Assembly: GCA_020632955.1 (NCBI GenBank)
Contig: JACKEO010000001.1
Coordinates: forward strand, 403,348-467,347
Length of the DNA stretch: 64,000 nucleotides
From: Alphaproteobacteria bacterium
Lineage (GTDB): Bacteria > Myxococcota_A > UBA796 > GCA-2862545
Reading direction: 5' to 3'
Part shown: piece by piece, positions 58,001 to 64,000 of the stretch
Position numbering within the stretch: position 1 is the first letter of the stretch
Layout of the letters: the number at the start of each line of letters is the position of its first letter
The notes under the pieces: model-generated
The model's input: only the letters and a program-made list of their open reading frames with translations
The model's database searches: none
Told to the model about the DNA's origin: nothing
Position numbers and translations under genes: made by a program

Positions 58001-59257
58001 CTCGACGACGACACCGACGACGACGGCCTGATGGACGGCGAGGAGGACCTCGACGGCGACGGCAGCTACACCAGCCAGCTCGGCGGCACCGGCACGTCCA
58101 GCAGCGGCGGCGAGACCGACCCGGCCGACGCCGACTCCGACGACGACGGCCTGCTCGACGGCACCGAGCGGGGCGTGTGCACGCCGGCGGGCCTCGACAC
58201 CTCGCGCAGCTTCGTGCCCGACGGCGACTGCGGCGCCACCACCACCGACCCGCTCGACAGCGACACCGACGACGGCACGGTGCCCGACGGCCTCGAGGAT
58301 CTGGACCTCGACGGGGTGATCGACCCCGGCGAGACCGACCCGAACGACGGCAGCGACGACGTGCCCGACGCCGACGGCGACGGCATCCCCGACAGCGAGG
58401 AGGACCTCGACGACGACGGCGTGGTCGATCCGGGCGAGACCGACCCGAACGACGCCGACTCCGACGACGACGGCCTGCTCGACGGCGAGGAGGTCCTCGG
58501 CACGGGCCCGCTGGCGCCCTTCGGACCCACGGATCCCAACGATCCCGACACCGACGGCGACGGCGTGCAGGACGGCACCGAGGTGGGCGTCACCACGGCC
58601 CGCGACGGCACGGGTGCGGGCTTCGTGCCCGACGCCGACCCCACCACCACCACCGACCCCCTCGACGACGACTCCGACGACGACTGCCTGCTGGACGGCA
58701 CCGAGGACGCGAACGGCAACGGCGCCGTGGACGCGGGCGAGACGGATCCCAACGCCCTCGACACCGACGGCGACGGCCTGCAGGACGGCACGGAGTCCGG
58801 CGTCACCGGTCCGGAGGGCCAGGGCACCGCCGACGGCGTGTGCGTGCCCGACAGCGATCCCGACAGCACCACCGACCCCACCGATCCCGACTCCGACGAC
58901 GACGGCCTCGACGACGGGCAGGAGGATCGTGACGGCGACGGCGCCGTGGACGAGGGCGAGCCGAACCCCAACGATCCCGACTCCGACGACGACGGCCTCG
59001 TCGACGGCGACGAGGACCTGGACGGGGACGGCGAGGTGGATCCGGGCGAGTCCGACCCGCTCGACCCGGACTCCGACGACGACGGGCTCGACGACAAGAC
59101 CGAGCGCGACCTGGGCACCGATCCGCTGGTGGCCTTCAGCACCCAGGGCGGCGGCTGCCGCTGCGACACCGGGCCCGCGGGCAGCCCGGCCGGGCTCGGC
59201 GCCCTGTTCGCCCTCGCGTGGGGCGTGGCGCTCCGGAGGCGTCGGCGGGCCGCCTGA
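52001..59257 (+). CDS. giant (2418 aa) lipobox + MYXO-CTERM-like protein: Myxococcus-type Cys-rich repeat, Gly-rich beta-helix-like region, and about 60 thrombospondin-type-3-like calcium-binding repeats
   Basis: The ATG at 52001 is preceded by AGGAAGG. MTARATPRPPSGVSPLLGALLVALVGC is a lipobox. CGNGVLDGLEECDDGNTTSGDGCSAAC is the myxo Cys-rich repeat. GGGGGG-x-GG-hh-h blocks are present. D-x-D-x-DG-x-x-D-x-x-D repeats run throughout. The C-terminus GGGCRCDTGPAGSPAGLGALFALAWGVALRRRRRAA has Gly-Cys, a TM segment and an Arg cluster. Confidence 0.87.
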   Translation: MTARATPRPPSGVSPLLGALLVALVGCAPGDPPQDADTASPSQDDTVALPVDQAPPPVDCGNGVLDGLEECDDGNTTSGDGCSAACRFDAGTLTVCSLARDGSPTFATPTVVNRYFPGTASQAVGDRLLSVGTAAGHATPVKAGDRLLVLQVQGVQINTGSDANANDPYGDGAGGNDRAGYLDNGSLVAGTYEIVIATGPESAGSLPVRGGGPGDGLRNAYVSVGTVNGGTGVRAWQVVRIPQFDDVELDAGGSMLALPWNGAVGGVVAADVAGTLTFDGGSVSAAGRGFRGGRAITANNDGAGQSGWPAWKGEGIAGPPAQMYVSATNTFVNRGSTGVPLASGEGTGAPGNGGGNARLTDDSGGGGGGHFGAGGVGGSGQDNLANRNRAGRGGAPVNGPGYFAMSPARLFLGGGGGGASGDDPIPNEAAGSGQSGGGLVFLRAADVAVTGAGGTVTAAGAGGLVAPSEGGGGGGAGGTVLLFTDSDSAALLTITVRGGNGNTSTETNDGGGGGGGGGVVYLVDTTAGVVTTTGGTGGTSNGTNRVGGGGTGGTLSAPAPLLDLYDCDFGPVDSDNDGLFDHEEELLGTDPLDPDTDGDGLTDFEEDQGVTDPLDADTDDDGLGDGVEAAGPTEPDDFDSDDDGLGDGLELGVTTGVPGGVSDGEEIPYAGTAPGFQGDTDPGSTTFPTNDDSDGDGVLDGDEDVDGDGAFDGDQPGLASDETDPRNANTDGQGGNDGQEGGAGAGAPDTDGDQIIDALDICTGTDSSGDTDGDGTCDTEDLCPLDPAKLAPGACGCGTADTDGDSDGQPDCVDPCPLDNPDDSDLDGTCDTDDGCPLDIGKTAPGTCGCGTPDTDGDGDGTPDCIDTCPFDNPDDSDLDGTCDSDDGCPADPAKVAPGTCGCGVSEVDGDGDGVPNCIDPCPLDNPDDADLDGTCDSDDACPLDIGKTTPGQCGCGTPDTDGDGDGTADCVDLCPADGGKTVPGTCGCGTPDTDSDGDGVPDCLDPCPLDDPNDSDGDGTCDADDACPDDFFKTAPGTCGCGLSDVDGDGDGVPNCIDPCPLDNPDDADNDQVCDSGDLCPTDPDKSAPGICGCGVPDTDGDGDGQADCVDPCPLDDPDDSDHDQVCDSLDDCPLDPFKAAPGACGCGVSDADGDGDGIPNCLDPCPLDDPDDSDLDGTCDSSDACPLDIAKVLPGVCGCGVPDDDGDGDGKADCIDPCPLDDPDDSDLDGTCDTDDACPLDSFKTAPGACGCGVSEADTDGDGTPNCLDPCPLDDPGDSDADGTCDSDDFCDADPGKVTPGVCGCGVADTDGDGDGTADCIDTCPLDNPDDPDGDGTCSSADGCPDDGTKLAPGQCGCGVPDTDGDGDGKADCVDPCPLDNPDDTDGDGVCESVDACFGDDASGDDDGDGVCDDTDPCFGDNLTGDADQDGVCDSDDACFGDDLVGDADLDGVCDDEDRCVGDDATGDLDKDGVCDSDDACLGDDALGDGDGDGLCDGRDRCIGDDATGDTDVDGVCDDRDACFGDDSFGDTDGDDVCDDLDDCIGDDATGDVDRDGVCADLDPCPLDSPNDTDGDGVCDSDDPCPLDNPDDTDGDGLCDSRDPCPLDNPDDSDGDGVCDSDDPCPLDRPDDIDGDGVCESVDPCFGDNSTGDSDNDGICDDVDICDGAFSADADADGLCDDIDPCPLDADNDLDSDGVCGNLDPCPEDKPDDTDSDGVCDSDDPCPLDRLDDQDGDGLCDSDDACPLDNPDDTDSDGVCDSDDPCPIDPLDDQDGDGLCDRDDPCPVDNPDDLDGDGVCESVDPCFGDNATGDSDGDGVCDSDDLCLGDDATGDPDGDRLCNDTENTEQTDPGDADTDDDGLSDGDEVLGAGLLAPFGPTNPRDPDTDADGLLDGTEVGVELPLPDTDLSVFEPDADPRNTTDPTDDDTDDDCLVDGSEDADLDGAVAFDETDPGDPDTDGDGVQDGTELGLTGPEGTGTDGTICVVDVDPTTTTDALDDDTDDDGLMDGEEDLDGDGSYTSQLGGTGTSSSGGETDPADADSDDDGLLDGTERGVCTPAGLDTSRSFVPDGDCGATTTDPLDSDTDDGTVPDGLEDLDLDGVIDPGETDPNDGSDDVPDADGDGIPDSEEDLDDDGVVDPGETDPNDADSDDDGLLDGEEVLGTGPLAPFGPTDPNDPDTDGDGVQDGTEVGVTTARDGTGAGFVPDADPTTTTDPLDDDSDDDCLLDGTEDANGNGAVDAGETDPNALDTDGDGLQDGTESGVTGPEGQGTADGVCVPDSDPDSTTDPTDPDSDDDGLDDGQEDRDGDGAVDEGEPNPNDPDSDDDGLVDGDEDLDGDGEVDPGESDPLDPDSDDDGLDDKTERDLGTDPLVAFSTQGGGCRCDTGPAGSPAGLGALFALAWGVALRRRRRAA
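54360..56200 (+). repeat. 159-bp (53-aa) tandem coding repeat, 11 full copies plus one 99-bp short copy
   Basis: TGCGG(C/G)TGCGG (Cys-Gly-Cys-Gly) recurs at 54383, 54542, 54701, 54860, 54959, 55118, 55277, 55436, 55595, 55754, 55913 and 56072. All spacings are 159 except one of 99. The unit is PG-x-CGCG-x-x-DTDGDGDG-x-x-DC-x-DPCPLDNPDDSDLDGTCD-x-DD-x-CP-x-D. Confidence 0.92.
56170..57540 (+). repeat. 60-63-bp (20-21-aa) tandem coding repeat, about 22 copies
   Basis: Units are of the form C-(F/P)-(G/L)-D-(D/N)-x-x-GD-x-D-x-DG-(V/L)-CD-x-x-D-x. TGC of the CFGD motif is at 56195, 56258 and 56321 (63-bp steps), then CPLDNPDD-type 60-bp units follow. Confidence 0.85.
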
Positions 59258-59313
59258 GCCCGGCTCCGGGTCCCCTCGCGCCGCAGTAGGGCGTGGGGGG
59301 CACCCGCGTCGGA

Positions 59314-59826
59314 TCAGCGCTCCAGGCGCGCCCGGAAGGCCCAGGTGAAGGTCCAGCGCGAGACCTGCTCCCCGCCGGCGTCGTAGCCCACCACCTCGGT
59401 GTCGCAGGTGAGCGCCCGCCCGGTGGCGAGGGTCTCCTCGATGCGCGCGCGCACCGCGTCCCCCTGCGTGAAGTGGAAGGTGCCGCGGCCCTTGCACATG
59501 CGGGTGAACTCGCCCTGGCAGCCCGACAGGATCATCCGCACCGGCACGGGTGCGGCCTGGGTGAGCACGTAGCCGTGGACGCCCGTGGCCATCTCGGCGG
59601 CCATGCCCTGGGCGGCCCAGTACATCGAGCCGAAGGGGTTCTGGGTGCGCCAGCCGCCCGGGAGCGAGACGACGCACGCCTGCGCGTCGATCCGGTCCAC
59701 CCGCAGACCGGCGGCCACGCCCAGCGGCATCTTCGCCAGGTTGAAGCCCCAGACGGCGAGGGGGCGCCCGAGGGTGCGCAGGCCGCGCTCGATCTTCGCC
59801 GGGTCCAGACGGGGTGCTGCGTTCAC
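59314..59826 (-). CDS. hotdog-fold thioesterase-like protein (DUF4442-like)
   Basis: The GTG at 59826 is preceded by GGAGG with 5-nt spacing. FNLAKMPLGVAAGLRVDRIDAQACVVSLPGGWRTQNPFGSMYWAAQGMAAEMATG resembles the DUF4442/PaaI-like pattern. Confidence 0.65.
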   Translation of the reverse strand: MNAAPRLDPAKIERGLRTLGRPLAVWGFNLAKMPLGVAAGLRVDRIDAQACVVSLPGGWRTQNPFGSMYWAAQGMAAEMATGVHGYVLTQAAPVPVRMILSGCQGEFTRMCKGRGTFHFTQGDAVRARIEETLATGRALTCDTEVVGYDAGGEQVSRWTFTWAFRARLER

Positions 59827-59918
59827 GGGACCTCCAGGGGGCGTGCGATATCCCACGCGGGCCGCGCAGGGTCGCGCGCTCCCCCACCGCCCGGCCGGGC
59901 GGCCGGCACCTCGTGGGC

Positions 59919-59934
59919 TGGCACCCGACGTGCA
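59919..59934 (+). promoter_or_regulatory. sigma-54-type promoter-like element TGGCAC-N5-GTGCA upstream of ppsA
   Basis: cTGGCACccgacGTGCAgg matches the TGGCAC-N5-TTGCW consensus at 10 of 11 specified positions with correct -24/-12 spacing. It ends 28 nt before ATG 59963. Confidence 0.3.
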
Positions 59935-59962
59935 GGTGGGGATGGGTTCCCCGGAGCCCGCC

Positions 59963-62371
59963 ATGTCCGCACCTTCCCGCTGGGTCCTCCCCTTCGCCCG
60001 CATCGGCCACGAGGACCTGCCGCGCGTGGGCGGCAAGACGGCCTCCCTGGGCGAGCTCATCCGGGCGCTCGGGCCGCAGGGCGTGGCGGTGCCCGACGGC
60101 TTCGCCGTCACCGCGGCCGCGTACCGGGACTTCCTCGACCACAACGGGCTGGTGCCGGTGCTGCACGACCTTCTCGACGGGCTCGACGTCGACGACGTGG
60201 CGCGCCTCCAGGAGCGGTCGGCGGCCGCACGGGAGGCCCTGCGCGGCGGCTCGATGCCGCCTGCGCTCGCCGCGGAGATCCGCGCCGCCTACGCCCGCCT
60301 CGACCCCGGCGGTCGCCTGTCGGTGGCGGTGCGCTCCTCCGCCACGGCGGAGGACCTGCCCACCGCGAGCTTCGCCGGCCAGCAGGAGACCTTCCTGCAC
60401 GTGCGGGGCGCCGACGACGTGCTGCGTCGCGTGCAGGACTGCTTCGCCAGCCTCTTCCTCGCCCGCGCGGTGGCCTACCGGGCCCACCGCGGCTTCGGCC
60501 AGCTGGACGTGGCGCTGTCGGTGGCCGTGCAGCGCATGGTGCGCACCGACACGGGCGCGGCCGGGGTGGCCTTCACCCTCGACCCCGACACCGGCCACCG
60601 GGGCTTCGTCTACCTCTCGGGGGCCTGGGGCCTCGGCGAGAACGTGGTGCAGGGCCGCGTGGTGCCCGACGCCTGGTACGTGCACAGGTCCACGCTGGAG
60701 GCCGGCCACGACGGCGTCGTGCGCCGCGTGCTGGGCACCAAGGCCACGGCGCTGCGCTGGGATCCCCAGGGCGGGGCACTGGCCGACACGCCGGTGCCGC
60801 AGGCGGATCGCGACCGCTTCTGCCTGGACGACGAGGAGGTCCGCCAGCTCGCGCGGTGGGCCCTGGCCGTGGAGGCGCAGTTCACCCAGGTGCGCGGCGA
60901 GCCCACCCCCATGGACCTCGAGTGGGGGCGCGACGGCGAGACCGGCGAGCTCTTCCTGCTGCAGGCCCGCCCCGAGACCGTGCACGGCCAGCGTCGCACC
61001 GGCCTGCTGCGCACCTGGCGGCTCGATGCCACCGGCCACGCGCCGCTGGTGGAGGGCCTGGCGGTGGGCGGTGCGGTGGGCACCGGCACGGCCCGGGTGT
61101 GCGAGTCGGCCGAGGACCTGGCGGCCGTGCAGCCCGGCGACGTGCTGGTGGCGCGCACCACCGACCCCGACTGGGAGCCCGTGATGAAGGTGGCGGCGGC
61201 GATCGTCACCGAGGAGGGCGGACGCACGAGCCACGCCGCCATCGTGAGCCGCGAGCACGGCATCCCCGCCGTCGTGGCGGCCACGGGCGCGCGCAGTCTG
61301 CTCCACGCGGGCCAGCAGATCACGGTGTCGTGTGCCGAGGGCAGCATCGGACGGGTGTACGCCGGGGCCCTCGCCGCCGAGGTGGAGGAGGTGGACCTCA
61401 CCACCCTGCCCGCGCCGCGCACCCACATCCTGGTGAACGTGGGCGACCCCGAGCGGGCGCTGCAGGCCAGCCTGCTGCCCGTGGACGGCGTGGGGCTCGC
61501 GCGCATGGAGTTCGTCTTCGCCGGGTGGGTGGGCGTGCACCCCCTCGCCCTGCTCCACCCCGAGCGCACCTCCCCGGAGGTGCAGGCGGAGCTCGCCCGC
61601 CGCTGCGCAGGCCACGCCACGCCGCAGGCCTGGTTCGTCGACCGCCTGGCCCAGGGCATCGGGATGCTCGCCGCCGCCTTCCACCCACGGCCCGTGATCC
61701 TGCGCTTCAGCGACTTCAAGTCGAACGAGTACGCCCACCTCCTCGGCGGGGAGGCCTTCGAGCCCCAGGAGGAGAACCCGATGATCGGGTGGCGTGGGGC
61801 CAGCCGCTACCACCACCCCGCCTTCCGTGAGGCCTTCGCCCTGGAGGTGGCGGCGGTGCGGCAGGTGCGCGAGGCGCTCGGGCTCACGAACCTGCACCTG
61901 ATGATCCCCTTCTGCCGCACCCCCGAGGAGGGGCGGCAGGTGATCGCCGAGCTGGCACGGGGTGGGCTCCGTCGCGGCGACGGGGGCCTCGAGCTGTACG
62001 TGATGGCCGAGATCCCCTCGAACGTGCTGCTGGCCGAGGAGTTCGCGAAGGACTTCGACGGCTTCTCCATCGGGTCCAACGACCTCACCCAGCTCGTCTA
62101 CGGGGTGGACCGCGACAGCGCGATGGTGGCCGATCTCTTCGACGACGACGGACCCGCGCTGCAGCGCGCCTGCGCGATGCTGCTCGAGGCCGCCCACGGT
62201 GCAGGCCGGAAGGTGGGCATCTGCGGGCAGGCACCGTCGGACCACCCCGCCTTCGCCGCCTTCCTCGTGGAGCACGGCATCGACAGCATCAGCCTGGCGA
62301 CCGACGCCGTCCTGGCGACGCGTCAGGCCGTGGTGGAGGCAGAGCAGCGACTGGAGCGCGCGCGCACCTGA
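59963..62371 (+). CDS. ppsA: phosphoenolpyruvate synthase (pyruvate, water dikinase)
   Basis: LPRVGGKTASLGEL, VAVRSSATAEDLPTASFAGQQETFL, the phosphohistidine loop EEGGRTSHAAIVSREHGIPAVV, and the C-terminal PEP-utilising domain GWRGASRY...FSIGSNDLTQL...ICGQAPSD are all present. Length is 802 aa. Confidence 0.93.
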   Translation: MSAPSRWVLPFARIGHEDLPRVGGKTASLGELIRALGPQGVAVPDGFAVTAAAYRDFLDHNGLVPVLHDLLDGLDVDDVARLQERSAAAREALRGGSMPPALAAEIRAAYARLDPGGRLSVAVRSSATAEDLPTASFAGQQETFLHVRGADDVLRRVQDCFASLFLARAVAYRAHRGFGQLDVALSVAVQRMVRTDTGAAGVAFTLDPDTGHRGFVYLSGAWGLGENVVQGRVVPDAWYVHRSTLEAGHDGVVRRVLGTKATALRWDPQGGALADTPVPQADRDRFCLDDEEVRQLARWALAVEAQFTQVRGEPTPMDLEWGRDGETGELFLLQARPETVHGQRRTGLLRTWRLDATGHAPLVEGLAVGGAVGTGTARVCESAEDLAAVQPGDVLVARTTDPDWEPVMKVAAAIVTEEGGRTSHAAIVSREHGIPAVVAATGARSLLHAGQQITVSCAEGSIGRVYAGALAAEVEEVDLTTLPAPRTHILVNVGDPERALQASLLPVDGVGLARMEFVFAGWVGVHPLALLHPERTSPEVQAELARRCAGHATPQAWFVDRLAQGIGMLAAAFHPRPVILRFSDFKSNEYAHLLGGEAFEPQEENPMIGWRGASRYHHPAFREAFALEVAAVRQVREALGLTNLHLMIPFCRTPEEGRQVIAELARGGLRRGDGGLELYVMAEIPSNVLLAEEFAKDFDGFSIGSNDLTQLVYGVDRDSAMVADLFDDDGPALQRACAMLLEAAHGAGRKVGICGQAPSDHPAFAAFLVEHGIDSISLATDAVLATRQAVVEAEQRLERART

Positions 62372-62388
62372 CCGCCGACGCACGCCAC

Positions 62389-62422
62389 GTTCCGTCCGGG
62401 TTGCACCACCAACGGACGAAGC
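62389..62422 (+). terminator. weak hairpin after ppsA (possible terminator)
   Basis: gttCCGTCCG-(14-nt loop)-CGGACGaagc is followed by gtgtttcgc. The long loop and one mismatch keep confidence low. Confidence 0.2.
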
Positions 62423-62532
62423 ACGTGTTTCGCAGAATTCGCGCCGGAGATGCAGGGAGAAGCGAACCGGAGGTCACGCGGCGTCACGTGGGAGGCGGAC
62501 GGGGCAGACGCCCCCCACACCAGGAGCCTCCG

Positions 62533-63573
62533 ATGACCATCCGCACCACCTCCACCGTCCTGCTCTTCGCCCTCGCCGCCTGCACCCCCGCGTCGCAGGT
62601 CGACGACGACACGCAGGTGGACGACACCCTCGACGAGGACACCGGCAGCGGCACCGAGGACACCAGTGTCGACGACACCGGCGCCGACGACACCGGCACC
62701 GACGACACCGCCGCCCCGGCCAAGGCCCCCGAGATCGCCGACACGGCGCCCGCGGACGGCGAGCGGGGCGTGATGCCCAACCGCCTCATCGTGGTGCACT
62801 TCACCGAGCCGATGGACCACGCCAGCGTCGAGGCCGCCCTGTCCTCGAAGGCGCTCGGCGAGGACGGCTTCACCGTGGCCTGGGGCAGCGACACCAGCCT
62901 GTCGATCATCCCGAAGGCCAAGATGGAGGTGCTGGCCGCCAACGACTCCGACAAGGGCGAGGAGATCGACATCCGCATCGGCACGGGCGCCCGCTCGCAA
63001 GCCGGTCTGGCCCTGGCCGAGGAGTTCTCGTCCAGCTTCCAGGTGGCCCGTTCGTACACGGTCTCCTTCGGGTACGAGCCCACGCTGACCGGACGCCTCG
63101 GCAGCTCCGGCCCCGCGACCGTCGGCTCCTTCCACGTGGGCGACGCCGCGAACGGCACCGCCTACCAGTCGGTGGCCACGTTCGACCTGGAGGAGGTCCC
63201 CACGGTGGTGGAGGTGGACCAGGCGGTCCTGCGCATCGAGGTGAGCCAGGTGAAGGGCAACCCCTTCGACACGCTCGGCGACCTCGGCGTGGACCTCGTC
63301 GACATCCCGGTGCTCAAGGAGAGCGCCTACGACGCCCCTGCGCTGACGGCCACCGTGGTGGGCCCCGACAGCATCAGCGAGCTCGGCACCTGGAGCGTCG
63401 ACGTCACCTCGCTCGTCGCCTACGCGATGAAGGACCGCGTGGCCCTCGACGACCTGGTCCAGCTGCGCCTGGCCTTCGAGGAGGCCACCAGCGCCAACGA
63501 CAAGTCCGACGTGGTGATGTTCTACCGCGAGCCCGGCACGCCCAAGCTCACCGTCTCGCTCTTCGTGGAGTGA
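62533..63573 (+). CDS. lipoprotein with acidic tether and Ig-like (SbsA/Big_5-like) domain (hypothetical)
   Basis: The ATG at 62533 is preceded by CAGGAG. MTIRTTSTVLLFALAAC is a lipobox. The tether is QVDDDTQVDDTLDEDTGSGTEDTSVDDTGADDTGTDDT. PEIADTAPADGERGVMPNRLIVVHFTEPMD resembles SbsA-type Ig-like domains. Confidence 0.75.
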   Translation: MTIRTTSTVLLFALAACTPASQVDDDTQVDDTLDEDTGSGTEDTSVDDTGADDTGTDDTAAPAKAPEIADTAPADGERGVMPNRLIVVHFTEPMDHASVEAALSSKALGEDGFTVAWGSDTSLSIIPKAKMEVLAANDSDKGEEIDIRIGTGARSQAGLALAEEFSSSFQVARSYTVSFGYEPTLTGRLGSSGPATVGSFHVGDAANGTAYQSVATFDLEEVPTVVEVDQAVLRIEVSQVKGNPFDTLGDLGVDLVDIPVLKESAYDAPALTATVVGPDSISELGTWSVDVTSLVAYAMKDRVALDDLVQLRLAFEEATSANDKSDVVMFYREPGTPKLTVSLFVE

Positions 63574-63598
63574 CCTCGCCCCCCCGGGTCACGCCACG

Positions 63599-63628
63599 GC
63601 GGCGTCGGCACCTCGGTGCCGGCGCCGC
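63599..63628. terminator. 13-bp GC-rich hairpin between convergent genes (candidate bidirectional terminator)
   Basis: GCGGCGTCGGCAC-ctcg-GTGCCGGCGCCGC has 12 Watson-Crick pairs plus one T-G wobble. It lies between stops at 63573 (+) and 63643 (-). There is no clear U-tract. Confidence 0.4.
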
Positions 63629-63642
63629 TCCTGCGTGGGGGG

Positions 63643-64000
63643 TCAGCGCGGCGGCCGCAGGGGCACCTCGAGGTAGGTGCCGAACTCGCCCACGAAGTCC
63701 ACCGACACGCAGGCGTGCACACGGCCCTGCTTGTCGTCGAAGACCTGCGCGTCGCCGGCAGGGAACATCGGCTGGTGCCACACCTCGGGCAGGATCTGCA
63801 CCCCCAGAGGCCCGTCGAACCAGAAGGCGACGAAGTGCTCGGGCCGGACGTCGTCACGAGGCAGGGCCAGCAGGGCGACGAAGGGGCGCTGGTCGCGCGC
63901 GGCGAAGACCTGCCCCCCGTCGGGGTGGTGGTTGGCCTCGTGCGTCAGCACCCGGCCGAGGTCGGCGGGCTCGACGGCGGCGGAGGCGGTGGCGGGGTCG
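63643..64000 (-). CDS. ureidoglycolate-lyase-like protein, C-terminal part (5' end probably right of the window)
   Basis: HEANHHPDGGQVFAA...PFVALLAL...HFVAFWFDGPLGVQILPEVWHQPMFP matches the E-x-HP-x-x-x-Q-x-F...h-h-V-V-A...AF...G-h-x-h-x-x-x-x-WH-x-P-h-F pattern of AllA-type proteins. The frame stays open to base 64000. Confidence 0.6.
   Translation of the reverse strand, partial: DPATASAAVEPADLGRVLTHEANHHPDGGQVFAARDQRPFVALLALPRDDVRPEHFVAFWFDGPLGVQILPEVWHQPMFPAGDAQVFDDKQGRVHACVSVDFVGEFGTYLEVPLRPPR

Noticed and set aside
51923-62383. 3486-codon ORF on the minus strand spanning the giant TSP3-repeat gene, the DUF4442-like gene region and ppsA
   Set aside because: Its translation is almost entirely Gly/Ala/Val/Arg/His/Asp low-complexity sequence with no motifs. 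It is antisense to ppsA, whose identity is unambiguous, and to the well-structured repeat protein. Absence of stop codons is expected for the complement of GC-rich, GAC/GGC-dominated coding sequence.

Overview
Very GC-rich bacterial chromosomal window. Hand counts of ordinary coding lines give about 44 G+C per 60 nt. I call about 42 protein-coding genes. I found no rRNA or tRNA, no CRISPR array, and no integrase or transposase. Because of the GC bias, almost every real gene is shadowed by long Arg/Gly/Pro/Ala-rich ORFs in other frames, one of them 3486 codons long. I therefore called a gene only where the translation has normal composition plus recognisable motifs. Starts were trimmed to ATG/GTG/TTG codons backed by a purine-rich RBS, a signal peptide or start/stop overlap with the upstream gene. 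Taxonomic inference: a MYXO-CTERM-like C-terminal tail, a Myxococcus-type cysteine-rich repeat and a very high density of lipobox proteins point to Myxococcota. Content from left to right: (1) a 2641-aa FG-GAP/RTX/cadherin-like lipoprotein; (2) LysR, a secreted coiled-coil protein and a methyltransferase with regulatory domain; (3) an AbiEi/AbiEii toxin-antitoxin pair; (4) a sulfatase, a small methyltransferase and a lipoprotein; (5) a LysR-qorB-extradiol dioxygenase-DoxX-MFS-TetR detoxification-like cluster; (6) a coupled three-gene operon of a cysteine-repeat lipoprotein, an octahaem cytochrome c and a 4-TM protein; (7) a TetR plus di-iron-like protein pair; (8) a secreted protein with a compositionally odd 3' part; (9) two coupled PD-(D/E)xK-like ORFs lying tail-to-tail with a SauUSI-type PLD-helicase-DUF3427 enzyme; (10) housekeeping and envelope genes (PLC-like lipoprotein, sulfatase-family lipoprotein, gloA, YhhN, GH15-like, GH79-like); (11) a 1012-aa (DSG)n-linked lipoprotein; (12) an OmpR-type regulator with two tandem histidine kinases, the second degenerate; (13) an OMP-like gene and a 2418-aa thrombospondin-type-3-repeat giant with both a lipobox and a MYXO-CTERM-like tail; (14) a DUF4442-like gene, ppsA, an Ig-like lipoprotein and a partial ureidoglycolate-lyase-like gene. 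Best candidates for something new are the nuclease-like gene pair beside the type IV restriction homologue (30330-35385) and the cysteine-repeat lipoprotein/octahaem cytochrome/membrane protein operon (23042-26563). All family assignments are by-eye motif recognition; no database search was run.
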